A stretch of 60,998 nt of DNA, counting the filler, from Asterionella formosa (taxonomy: Eukaryota), in NCBI GenBank assembly GCA_002256025.1. It is 19 parts of 19 records of this genome, joined end to end, with 100 filler letters (N's around TTAATTAATTAA, not from the genome) between each part and the next. Parts side by side here need not be neighbours in the genome. Positions count along the whole stretch, not along the records: positions 35,417 to 38,530 come from NKIB01014465.1; positions 38,631 to 41,744 come from NKIB01014466.1; positions 41,845 to 44,954 come from NKIB01014468.1; positions 45,055 to 48,164 come from NKIB01014469.1; 15 more parts are not named here. One strand, given 5' to 3'. Of the stretch, positions 36,440 to 48,264 are shown piece by piece (the first letter of the stretch is position 1; every line of letters begins with the position of its first letter). The position numbers and the translations under genes are program-made. The notes under the pieces are model-generated. The model was given only the letters and a program-made list of their open reading frames with translations. It did not search any database and was not told the origin of the DNA.

Positions 36440-38630
36440 TTATTTACAGGTTGAATACCGCTGTTGTTGTAATGCAAGACTTATACAAATGCATCGATGG
36501 ACATGACATCCCACATACTACATACCAGGGCCTGATTCCGGTTTCCTGTTTTACTTCTAAGAATATCGTCTGTGAATACTAGATTTTTCATTAAATCTAA
36601 CGTTTCACTCAGCATATGTTAAAAAACTGATTGATTATTCAAATATTTTGACATGTTGATGATAATTTTGATATATCAATGGGAGTGTCTGTATGATCAA
36701 TCAAATTTGTACATCAGGTTACTAGCATACACATGCAGCCATCTTTGGTTATGTGTATATAAGAACTCGTATGTATTAGCTAGTTACCAAATGTAATCGG
36801 TGAACCAAAATTGTTGATATATTGATTAAATGTTTTGTAATGTTGATGATAATTTTGATTTATTAATGACCGTTTCGGTGTGGTCAATCAAATTTGTTTG
36901 TCAGATTATTTGCTTACACACGTTAGGTTGTTACACATAGATAGAAGTCATATATATTAGTTATCAAAACTAATATGCTAACCAAATGCTTTGACATATT
37001 GATACGTTGTTTGATTGATCAATAGCTGTTGTTCTTTGATCAATTATTGTTCTAGCAAAGGTTATGACGACTTTACACAGATCACCTTACATGTGTGTAA
37101 ACCTTGTACCCGACGATGCTATCAGAATGAATTCTGGCTGTGAAACAATGGTGCGTTCCTTGTTGCCATTCCGATTTGAATGCTCTACTGGTAAATGCTT
37201 TGATCCAATTCTTGTACCGGTAGTATTCGTCATTATCTCTCCATTTGCATATCAGTAATCGAATTTCTTACAAGCCATGTGCGTTCGTTGAATCCCTTAA
37301 AAGCTACCTTCTTGCGGGGACAACGATGATCTCAGTCTTATAACGAATGATATGGTCTCGATATTGATGGGGAAATATGCTGGCGAAGTTTGATTGTTTC
37401 TTTGTTACTCGAAATCAAAAGCTTTGGTCAATTTATACGACAGAATTGGAGAACGATGCATTGAAGGCCATACCCAATTCTAATTCCAATTCCAACCGAA
37501 ATCAAGAAGATAGTACCTTTTGATTATAATTCGCCCATTGCGATCATCGATCCGTATTTCGAATCTGTTCTTCAAGATGAGATGTGGATCAAAGTGAAGA
37601 TGGGCCAGATGGCGGCGCAGTTTGTTGCTCATGGCCTTACTAATCATTGGTCTTCCATTCTCATTGACTAGCTATTGGCGAGCAAGTTTGTATGCTGCAG
37701 AATTAGAGCCACAACATCACTAATCAGGAAGTAGCTTCATTTCATTCAGGAAATAGTAGCATCACATGAACCTTGAATAGCAGGGGGTTCGAAATAACAA
37801 TTGTAACTTTGCTTAATAGCATTGTACTATCCCATTGTTTTAAGAAATCTCTTTATCAGCAACATCAGAGGCACTATATAGGACAGCCTAACCCCATTGC
37901 CACACATAGCTATACTTTCAACAAAGTGACCGCTATATTTATATAGCAAATATATACGTAGTGTAGCTTGTCCCACGCATATGTTCTTGCCATTCCGAAG
38001 AAGTGTAAATATTTATGAGGGTACCAGAACCATTATTCAATCAATAGCTGATTCTAATGTTGTACAGCAACAATGGTTGTCGAAATGAGTCCAATGATGT
38101 TGATAAACTTCTCCATTATTGGGGCGTTTCAAATGATCCCTGTATTTATACTAATATTGTTGGTGCTGGTATTGATACAGAAGAAAAGAGGAACATGCTT
38201 CTCTGCACCATTACGGCCCCATTTGAGAAGCATCGCCAAAATTGGGAAACTTTTTTTCCTGACAAGCCGATGGAATTCGTCATACCTGGTGTCATTCCAA
38301 ATAAAGATCAGCGTAGTAATAGGTACAGTTTCACAGTACCGAGTATTCGAATTCCTGTTAAGTCTTGTATATTTTATCTAATCATACAAACTGGTAGGGT
38401 TTTAAATGTTCCTTCAAAATCTACTAGACATACAGAGATGTATGTTATACACACTTTTTGAAGAAGAAGAAATGTTGAGGTATTGTTAAGAAATTCATGC
38501 CGGTAGTGCATTCTATTCCACATAACAAACNNNNNNNNNNNNNNNNNNNNNNNNNNNNNNNNNNNNNNNNNNNNTTAATTAATTAANNNNNNNNNNNNNN
38601 NNNNNNNNNNNNNNNNNNNNNNNNNNNNNN

Positions 38631-38815
38631 ACAATCGGATTTTTAAACTTGCCCTGCATAGGAATGGACAATTCTTTTGGTGGCATGGGAGCGTTGGGAT
38701 CGCCTGCTTCATCGGGATTGTTGGACGACGATGAAGTTCGGCATGAGAAGGGTACAACTCGACGTCGACAAGTCCAACGAGTAACTTGCTGCACTTTCAA
38801 TGAACCAGAGATCAT
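38631..38815 (-). CDS. 5' end of a host gene with a mitochondrial-type presequence (runs off contig)
   Basis: MISGSLKVQQVTRWTCRRRVVPFSCRTSSSS is Arg/Ser-rich with no acidic residues, then ...QGKFKNPI at the edge. Product not determinable. Confidence 0.45.
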
Positions 38816-39992
38816 CGTGATGGTGGCTGTTGCGATTAAATGGAAAGTGATGATGAGCGAGCACAGTCTTCCCTGCTGAGGTACCCCTGGTGCTGGTACC
38901 TGGTAACATCAACTCAGCAACCGAATTATATTCGCTTACACAGATAACGGTATGCAACTGGGAATAGAATCGTTTGTCTGAGTTTGCCTGCGCTTGCAAG
39001 TTGCGGTCATACATACTATGCATTGTTGAAATGGATAACGTGATGCAGGACAGACGCTCAAAACGACTACTGGTAAGCAAATAGAGAATGTCATCAACTC
39101 TCACTTTGGTTGAGTCGACAGTATCACAACTTGTTAGAGACCTAAATAATTATTTCATCTAAACACAGAAACATCAAAACAAGGCAAATGGCTGAAAAAA
39201 GAAAATGATAATGACTGGGGCAATAGAGGGGGGGGCTGAAGCAATAGTGAGCAAGTCTTGTTTACATTGCTTTATTCACTCCAAACTCAAAATCATTCTC
39301 CTTTTCCAGCTGAAGTGATGAAAACAACCAATATTGAATAGCTCTATGTTCTATATCAATCAGAATTTGAAATATTTGCACGCTAGTGTCATCATATGTA
39401 ACAACTAGTGGTACCCAATATAACTATTATACCATCATACCAGCACCATATGCATGCTGATGGTTGGACTTGCTCATGCTGTTCAGGGTACCCAAGGTAG
39501 CACTCATAAGGGCTTGTATATACTTATTTAGCTTAGATTATTTGATTCTTTTCAATATATATAATATATTTACAAGTATAGTACTATGGAGTAACTGTGA
39601 AGTTGTCATGAGCAGCTGGAGTATGCATGGTACATCATGTCATTGCAGCCTTGACCATGATGAAATTAACAAATATCTCCATGAACAAAGAGAATGACGC
39701 TTTGCTATTGGGTACTCCCTCTGTTCATGTATAGTTGCAACACACTCAGCAACTAACCCGGCTTGATCCACGTCATTCAAAGAAGCCCAGGCAGTTCTTG
39801 CCAATTTAAAATTTACTACATTTATATTAAACATAGATCTGTTACTTGTGTGATTGCGCAAATTAGGGCAGTTGAACAGGAGAAAAGTCGTAGGACTCAA
39901 ACTGCCAATGGAGAAATTTTTAGAATCCCCGCAACTACCACTGGTATTTTTAACCGGAGGGAGTGTGTTACCTGGTGCACTGGGTGCTGGTA

Positions 39993-40088
39993 CCAGCAAG
40001 TTGCGGTAATTTTGCTGAAACTAAAGATTTAGCTATCTTTTTGCGAGATTTAAATGTTAGTTTAAGCAAAATGACCGCAACTTGCAGA
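39993..40088. mobile_element. 96-bp fold-back element or element end, TA|CCAGCAAGTTGCG; inverted homolog at 51993-52089
   Basis: GCAAGTTGCGGTAATTTTGCTGAAACTAA pairs with TTAGTTTAAGCAAAATGACCGCAACTTGC (2 mismatches). A second copy lies on another contig. Confidence 0.75.
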
Positions 40089-41412
40089 TACAGGTACCAT
40101 CTTTTATAATTGACAAGGGGAACAGGTTGCACCCAGAAATTACCGCCTTAGTACCTCGGTATTAAGAAATACCGGTACTCGGAGTACCGGTACTGCTTGT
40201 TTGTAACTTCCCATGATACCGTATACCGGAATATGCACACATGAAACCATACATACGATACAGCGATACAGGAAACCTGGTATCTTGAATGCACGACCGT
40301 GATCTTTCTTTTTATTAGCTACCAGCAGCTCTACCGGTTTGCAGGTAAGAATAGTTGGGCGAGGATTGTCCAACAATACACATGTAAGATGTTTTGTGTC
40401 CGTATGGGTGTGCTGGTAGTAGAGTGAGGGAGTGCTACATACAGTTTATTAATTAATCGAGGAAGATAAGATAGAAGAGATGCTCCACCATTTATCGGTT
40501 CCGTGATAACCTGGTACCAGGTACCCGGTACCAGGTACAACAAACAAAGCCATCCAATTCGTTCTATTTGAATTTCAGTGGATGAATAAGGTACAGATAA
40601 ACATGAAATTTAACTGTCAGCCGGCCGGGAAGTGCCGGTGCGATTTCTCGCGTCCTGATTTCTATTGTCCATGCGCCAGCCTGTAAGTAGCGTGCCACCT
40701 CCTCGTAACGTTCGTCTGTAAGATCCTACTGCATTTTCAATCGTAAATGCCTCCCGAAGTCGTTGACTAAACTGGTGTTTCCGCGACGACTGGATTACCG
40801 GTATCTCGTTGCCGCAACGACATGCAACAAAACTTTGAAAACACTGCCATCACGAGAACTCCTTCATTTAGGTTCCAGTAAGCGTTGCAAAACTCCTTTG
40901 TAGGAAGCGAAACGGACGCAACGCTTGGCGATCAACGGAACAAAAGCAGTTGAGGCATTTGCTCTATTGTTGGTTTATCAAATTACACTTGATCAACGGA
41001 AGCGTTGTCAAAATCCATCTTTAATCGGTAGGTGCCAAACAATTGCATGATAGTGACAACGCATTTCGATCGATGATGAGGCCGCAAACAAATTCGAACG
41101 ATGTCCCTCCATACCATGGCGCTCCATAACAATACTGAAATGAATTGCACTGACTATCGGTACTACGGAGTACTGTAGCATTTGAATATTCGACTCGTTA
41201 TGGGAAAGTCGCATATCCCGGCACGTACATATTTTCTATGCGTTGGACTACCGTTGTCGCTGCCTGATTTTCAAATGAATATACTTTTATTCGTGTACAA
41301 ATAAAATTTTGTCAATTTTCTCGAAAACTCACTTTGCGCCCATCATCTCATTGCTTGCCAATGGCAGTCATAAGGTAGAGTGTTGGCGTTGCAGCTGTCT
41401 ACTGATAATACC

Positions 41413-41744
41413 ATGGCGGCAACTGAAAGCAAACCGAAGGGGCTGGGACCAGACAAAAAGGAAGCGCCGGCAACTATCGTAACACTTGAATCAAAAGGGA
41501 AACAAAAACGGGAAGACAACGACGATGCCGGTTCGAAGAAGAGTGACTCGTCGGAAAAGCGAGATGAAATCTCCTTCCGTCAGGCTCGAACGCCAAAGCA
41601 TAACAACAAGTCCACGCCGCTGACAGACAAAGAGAAACAAGATGGTGTGGCAAAGCCCAGGGAGTTGCAGTACCCCCCGCGACATCCCGGCGCATATCTG
41701 ACAAATTCGTTTACTGCTCGAGAGCAACCGCAGCACCAGCAGTA
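41413..41744 (+). CDS. 5' end of a host gene, low-complexity charged N-terminus (runs off contig)
   Basis: ACC-ATG-G context; MAATESKPKGLGPDKKEAP... open to the contig edge; CpG-rich rather than decayed. Confidence 0.5.
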
Positions 41745-42567
41745 NNNNNNNNNNNNNNNNNNNNNNNNNNNNNNNNNNNNNNNNNNNNTTAATTAATTAA
41801 NNNNNNNNNNNNNNNNNNNNNNNNNNNNNNNNNNNNNNNNNNNNACAAGTATGGGTACATAATAATTATCGTAATAACTACTATAATTTTTGCATGCACA
41901 TTCATTATCACATTTATTGCTCATTTGCACATTCTTGGTTGCATCCTCTTCCCTTCGTGCTCACCATCATGATGCCAGATGTCCCTCTTCATCCTCATGG
42001 CATTCCTTTACAGGAATTCAATGAGAAAATGATGATGGAAAGGGTACATGCTGGGCATACATTTCTGACAGTTTGGCCTCTTTTTGCTGGTGTCTTGAAC
42101 ACAAACCAGGATGACTTACAGCATATGCCCAGAACAAAGGGTGATTCTTCCCGAGACAGAGGCAGCAAGCATAGGTACAAGGGAAGAAAAAAATCGAGTT
42201 AGAAAGGGGTTTAGTTGAATTGATTCAGCATGCTGCAGAGGAAGCCATCATGGCATGATGCTCTCTGCAATCACTCACTCCAGCAGGGTATATGGTATAT
42301 CTCCAGAGCCTTCGCCATTCTTGGACACAAGATTGGCTGTCAAAGAGCTGGTATGGGAATAAGTGATCAGATCTATTCAACTTATTCAGGCTACATTACT
42401 ACACACCAGGCTTCACAGTTGATTTTGAGCAGGAACTTAGCAACCTTTTGCATGGTTTTTATCAGATTATTGCAGTAAAGAATCATTATGGCTTAGGAGA
42501 GATTTTTGAGGGTAAGGACCCCATGAACAATCAACATATCACCTCCTTTGTACTTGGTTCATTGAGT

Positions 42568-42799
42568 CAAAAGTTACTTAAATTTTTATAGTATGTTAAA
42601 GCTATCCAATAATCGCACTTGTGCCCGCTTAAATGGTAACAATTAGTACCAGTTTTATTCATCCGTATGGTACAACAGTACCTGTCTCTTTGTCAGCCTC
42701 ACCCCTGGAACCCTAGGGACTACATAAAAAAACAGGTGGAGAATGCAGGAATCAAACCCGCTACCTCATAAGGTGTGCTAAGCAATTAAGCCATTCCCC
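42568..42799 (-). mobile_element. tRNA-Ala-headed retroposon (SINE or pre-tRNA/LINE chimera) with 17-bp TSD
   Basis: Flanked by TACTTGGTTCATTGAGT at 42551-42567 and 42800-42816. The 5' end is exactly tRNA position 1. Removing the insert and one repeat restores the Crypton frame LLCTWFIELGTGDGIW. Confidence 0.85.
42737..42799 (-). pseudogene. tRNA-Ala(AGC)-derived sequence, D arm largely deleted
   Basis: GGGGAAT...GCTTAGCAC...GAGGTAGCGGGTTTGATTCCTGCATTCTCCA. Acceptor stem GGGGAAT/ATTCTCC with G3:U70, AGC anticodon, B-box-like GGTTTGATTCC; only 63 nt. Confidence 0.85.
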
Positions 42800-45700
42800 T
42801 ACTTGGTTCATTGAGTTAGGAACTGGTGATGGCATTTGGGGTAATCTAGCTATTCATGGCCTTTACTTGGAATTTGATTTGCAGGGTCAATAACACAAGC
42901 CAAATCTGCTTGTCACATATGGAGTGGACTGATGATGCTCTGCGTAAGTACTTTGCAAACACTAAGACAGATCAGAAAGGGACTCAATCAAAATATTCCT
43001 GACATATTTATGCAAATCCAATTGAGTGGGTAGTGTATCCTATATTTTATCTTGGTGTATACTAGGGAAGGTTTAAATAATGTTGCTAAAGGAAATAGTT
43101 GCTTATTCCCTGGTCACAATCAGTTTAAGAGATTTTCATCTATTTTAAAGCAGAAGCCAAGAAAGGACAGCTATTTGAATAAGGTATTGAATCAAACAAC
43201 ATCAGCATGCACAGTATAAGGAAGAAGGGGGCTGCTACTTATATTAGTGCCTGCCCAGGGGGAACTTCATCAGGTTCTATCAGTGTAAATGGTGGGTGGT
43301 TAATGGGCAGAGTCAAGGACATTGATGTCCAGTGGTATGAGCATTTGTGGGGAGTCCTTATGTGCTCTACCCATGTTACTTGCATGATTCTCTTCCTCTC
43401 CCCCTATGTTTTTAAAATCTGAAACTTATGGTAATAAAACCAAAGCTGCAGTGTTTCCAATGATGCTCCTATGTATGAACCAGTTGATGTACTACCCAGT
43501 ATATCAGCGTGCAGGAGGTACCTGGTACCTGGTACCAGGTACCTCCTGGTAAAGTATTTGCACAGGGCGGTATTTGTTGTAGTCACGTGATCATTTTCGT
43601 ATTCTATCGCCTATTACATGCTAGAGTGATAGTAACAGCCAAAGCAAAAGCATCATTTGCACAGCTATATGTCGTAGTAGTCACGTGATCATTTTCGTAT
43701 TCTATTGCTTAGTTCTTCGTGGTGAGTTGCCCCTGGTATACATACCTGGTACCAGGTTACAGGTAATGTACCATATCACCATGCTCCTTGAACATAATAT
43801 ATATACCGGGAACGTAGTCGTAAAAAATTAAACTCCCAGTTAAACCCGTAGTCGAAGCTAGCACTAGTAGTTTACTAGTACTAGAGTACAGTGCACAAAG
43901 CCAGCGACAATACCAGTTCTGGTACCAGGTGCCAGTACCAGGTACCTAGTACCGGCGCCCATTTGCTCCTATCGACTGGTTAGCAGGGTACCAGGTACCG
44001 TACCAGGGTACGTGTATGCGGGAATAGACCATTTTATGTATTTAGAGATTTAGAGTACCTGGTACTTAATATGGAGTCACCACGAGTACATATACTATAG
44101 CACTATATTACAGTAAATAGAGGACCAAGTCTATTATTGGTAGGTGTGTATATGTCTAATATACATATACCCGAAATGAAATGAAAACAATCAATATATA
44201 GCTAATGAAAAATAGTGAAAAAATAATGTAGCTACAGTAGTATGAAATCATGCATCTGTGTAATAATAGCCTAAATACATACTAGCTGTGTATGACCACC
44301 AGCGTGATGATCAGCAGATATCAATTGATTGGCAATCTAATCTGTGGCATTGTTCTATCTGGAATATATACCTCATACATTTTGTCAATTTGCAATGTGG
44401 CAGTGAAAAGAACACAGCTCAAAGTAGGGCAGTCATCATATCCCACACACAACGCTTTGCCAACCAACAATACTCCACCATTCTTACTATATCCTGCTCA
44501 ACCCTTGTAAAATTTTCAGCAACCTTACAAACCTAATTCCAACTTTTTGCATTCCTACCAAAGAGCAAATAGTTTTTGGTGTAACAGAAAGACTACAATA
44601 CTGACAGAATTGCTTCCTCCCTCCTACCTCTTTGACACACATCCTGCATCATTTCTGTTGGTTCATCAACTTGTTAATTGTTGAAAACTTCTTCAAACAC
44701 CACATTTGAGGCATTTCTGGACTCTCAATCATCATTCTGCATACTTGTCACTCCTGCTACCACCAATAACTAGTAGTCAGGAGTCAAAACTCCTTCAAGA
44801 CGAGAGTCGACTGGCTGATGTCATCTACCTTAGTTTCAAAACTAGGCGACATTGCATCTCGATCTTCTGGGAGTACATCCTAAGTATATAGTTCCAAAAA
44901 CAAACTGGCAGCTCATACTTCCCTCCTTCACCTGCTGTTGGTGTCCCAGCCATCNNNNNNNNNNNNNNNNNNNNNNNNNNNNNNNNNNNNNNNNNNNNTT
45001 AATTAATTAANNNNNNNNNNNNNNNNNNNNNNNNNNNNNNNNNNNNNNNNNNNNTAGAGTGATATTCTGTTTTAGTCGGAGAATTTCTATTTTCGTTTCC
45101 TATGTCTAGGTCCCAGGTACTTTGAATTCAAGAAGCAAGTACAGCGTGGTGTATGCTTTTGATCGATATTTTTGGAATTCATCGAACCTATGATATGGAT
45201 ACTTGAAACTGCTGCACAACCATGACACATCATAAAATTATTTTGAAATTACAAAGACAATCAATGGCAACCAGTGAAACTGAGAGGATTACACTGTAGA
45301 ATTTCTCAGTTTCAGTCTTAAACAGAAATGCATCATTTTGTGAGGTTGAGAAAAAAACTCAAATAACTTGAACATGCCATGAATCCATGTTAGGTCCAAT
45401 AGATTCGACTTCTTAGTGCTGATTTCAATCTACTTACAAGCGTGGATTTGCCCATCCAGTTTTTCTCTGTGTATGTAGTATCTTTTAGTGAAATTCTGAC
45501 TGATGCTGATAGTTTGCCCATCACCAGCATCAATCCCAGCATTTATGATTCTTGGGGAAAGAACAAAAATCGCAAGCTTCTTTTACCCCCTACCAGTTTT
45601 CTCTAAATGAGGATACTAGATCAATTAAGTTTACAATAAGCTGTCAATGCTTTTCCACCTCCCAAAGAAAGAAGATGTTCTAAGTATCTGTAAATTCAAC

Positions 45701-45800
45701 TCCATTAGCCACATCTATTAAATTTTCTCTCACACAAATTGTGCAACATACTTGGCAGGTTGATGCGCAAATGTTGGCAACCAACATTGTTAAAATTGCA

Positions 45801-47431
45801 TTATGCTAGTGTCATGCTTTGATGAAATAGTGCATTCTCAATCAATTGATTCGTCACATCATTCATCGCTATAACAGACTCGTTGCTCCCCTCAGGAACG
45901 TCAAGCAATTCGCAAGTTACGACGGGATTTCCAATAATCATATTGAAGGCCATCCTCGCCACGACCCATCGAAGGCCATGACTGAAACGCAATGCTTCAT
46001 GTGCATTGGGTGATTCAAAAACATGATCCATTCCTTCCTTGTTGTGAAATCGTAGAATCGAGGAATTCCCAGGTATGGCGAATGGGTATTGTTTTAGATG
46101 GAGGGGTGTTGCCTTCTCCAGGGATTGAATGTCGAACAAATCAATGGCTCCACAGAGGTCGCCTTCTTGTGCGCCATACCAGGCCAACCTTGGAGCCGCG
46201 TAGTGACCATCTTCCATTAGGAAACCAAATTCAATAAATACAAGAACGTTGACCGGATCGGAATCATATGTATTGTGCCAAATCATCGGAATGCCCTCGG
46301 TTGCTTCCTGTAGAGTTGAAAATCACAATAATGTTAGAAGCACTTGTCCTTTTTGACTGCCACAGAATCACCCACGTAATTTGTACTTACATGAATGTAA
46401 ACCTTGATGAAGTTCTTGTCCGATACACTGACGATGCTCGAGTTTTCACTCGCATCACGACTGCCTAGCTGGCTCAAAATTTGCTCGTCATCCTCAATAT
46501 CCGATTTCCTTACATTTTGGAGTCCTTTCCTTTTGGGGGAGGCCAATTTGGTCTGATGATTGATATCAACACAGAGCAGAGGTTGGAGACCCCCAGGTCG
46601 GTCCACCTCATCATCCGACGATTCACCAGAATACGACCGATTGTGCGACTCTCCCACCGAAAAGCTTTCTACGTAGGATATCGAATCCTCCAATTCCCCC
46701 ACACAGTTGGTCGATCGCAAAAGTTGCTCAAACAGTTTTCTTGTTGCATCTTGTGTCCTCGTCACTGCACCACATACTACCTGCCCCTCCAGTTCCTTGT
46801 TGTGTTGTGCTTCCTTCTGCTTCGCAAGTTGAATTTGACGCCTCCACTTGGCGTGTTTGTCTTGAATGGCTTGCTCGCCATTCTTACGGGGAGGTGATGC
46901 GGGGGCAGGTGGTAGGAACGAGGCGTCACGCACCTCCACATTCCTCATGCGTGCCATGGGTGACGAGCGAAGAACCACTCCGCCATCAGATGAAGCTCGA
47001 GACGGTGTACTGCTTGCTGAAATTGGAAGGGGTCGAACGAAAGCGGACGATTCATTGTCAATTCTGTAATTTCTAAACGCGGATGGTTGAGTAATCTCTT
47101 CATCCGAGCTTGGCGTCGGACAAATCATAATATCTCCTGGATGCAACATTTCACTATTGTCACTGCTTTCCACTGTCAGGGCGCTTACGTCCACGGCAGC
47201 GACGTCTCGACTGTCACCGAAGAAGTCGTTTGCCATGCTGGCAAGTTGATCCATAGCATCGATGAGGCGCGAAGACACCATGGTCATCGGATCGACAGGG
47301 TCGTCGATTTGCTTGACCTTGCGATTGGCATCATTTTTTCTTGTGCTGATTGTTCGATTCCCGTTGGGTTTCCTGTTTCGGTTGTTCCTTGCAGTTTCAC
47401 TGTGCCTCGGGAGTCGAGCAGAGGATGGCAT
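45801..47431 (-). CDS. Two-exon hypothetical protein (~515 aa), disordered N-terminus plus globular C-terminal (PH-like?) domain
   Basis: Exons 47431-46391 and 46307-45801. A phase-0 83-nt intron at 46390-46308 (GTAAGT...CTAAC...CAG) joins ...FIKVYIH|EATEGIPMIWH... in frame. ATG at 47431 assumed. Confidence 0.8.
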
Positions 47432-48264
47432 GATCTCTCCCACTTTTCTTCGCTTGATTTGAATGATGCAAATTGGGATACTATTCTTACCATGTGTGTA
47501 ACGACGACCAGTTTCTCGCCCACCACCCGAGTCTTTTTCTTCGTGAAAATTTAGTATTGTGTAGGCGTGTGAGTCCAAACGCGGGCATCACCAAGAAAAA
47601 GGATGACCTCACGCGCAATCGGCTCGGCAGGAGCACCAGTCACATGGTTGCGCAAGAATTATGAAATATGATTGGTACACAAGAAGGAATCAATCCTCTT
47701 TTCATCGGCAAAAATTTAATCATTGAAAACTTCCTCATGAATGAATATACGTGAATTAAGCATTCGTGAAAGGCATCCTGTGAGTAATATTCAGAACACA
47801 TTGGCTCTATTCGCCTGCTGCGATCGCTCTCGTCTATGATACCTGATATCGGTACCAGTACCACACAAAAAAACTGCTTTGAACCTCTATCAAAATTATT
47901 TTACCGCTTCGAATCTCTACTATGCGAAAAATGACACGTTTTGTCAAGAATTTTTGATAGTAGTTTTCAAAGAATCTGAAACAATCCATCTGAATGTAGC
48001 TGAGACTGTAACGATTCCCAACGTATGTGTGTGCGACCTACAATGAACATTCGTTTGTATGACCGACATATATACTGTATACAGTACGTCAAAGTGTCGA
48101 TCTGTTCGACCTGCCTTTTTTGGACAAAATAGCTGTTCTTTACCGTGTCCTCGGAGTATACAGGNNNNNNNNNNNNNNNNNNNNNNNNNNNNNNNNNNNN
48201 NNNNNNNNTTAATTAATTAANNNNNNNNNNNNNNNNNNNNNNNNNNNNNNNNNNNNNNNNNNNN

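Larger units (their letters stand above)
41969..43415 (+). mobile_element. Crypton-type tyrosine recombinase transposon, pseudogenised
   Basis: EGKDPM...TWNLICRVNNT.QI..SH.EW.DDAL..YF..TKTDQKG...HIYANP...LFPGHNQFKRFS...HSIRK.GAATY...GGWLMGRVKDI, with several stops and frameshifts. Confidence 0.85.

Noticed and set aside
37060..38461. Fragmentary + strand ORFs including 38057-38461
   Set aside because: No recognisable domain or splice structure; left unannotated.
39600..39840. DVPCIL motif suggesting a DNA transposase fragment (minus strand)
   Set aside because: Too short and degraded to name a family.
42737..42799. Functional tRNA-Ala gene
   Set aside because: Only 63 nt, with the D arm and A box largely deleted, the anticodon stem broken and the B box mutated; it lies inside a TSD-flanked insert.
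44290..44954. Semi-open frames on both strands; VEYCWLAKR resembling a DDE transposase motif
   Set aside because: Many stops, ambiguous strand and only one weak motif.
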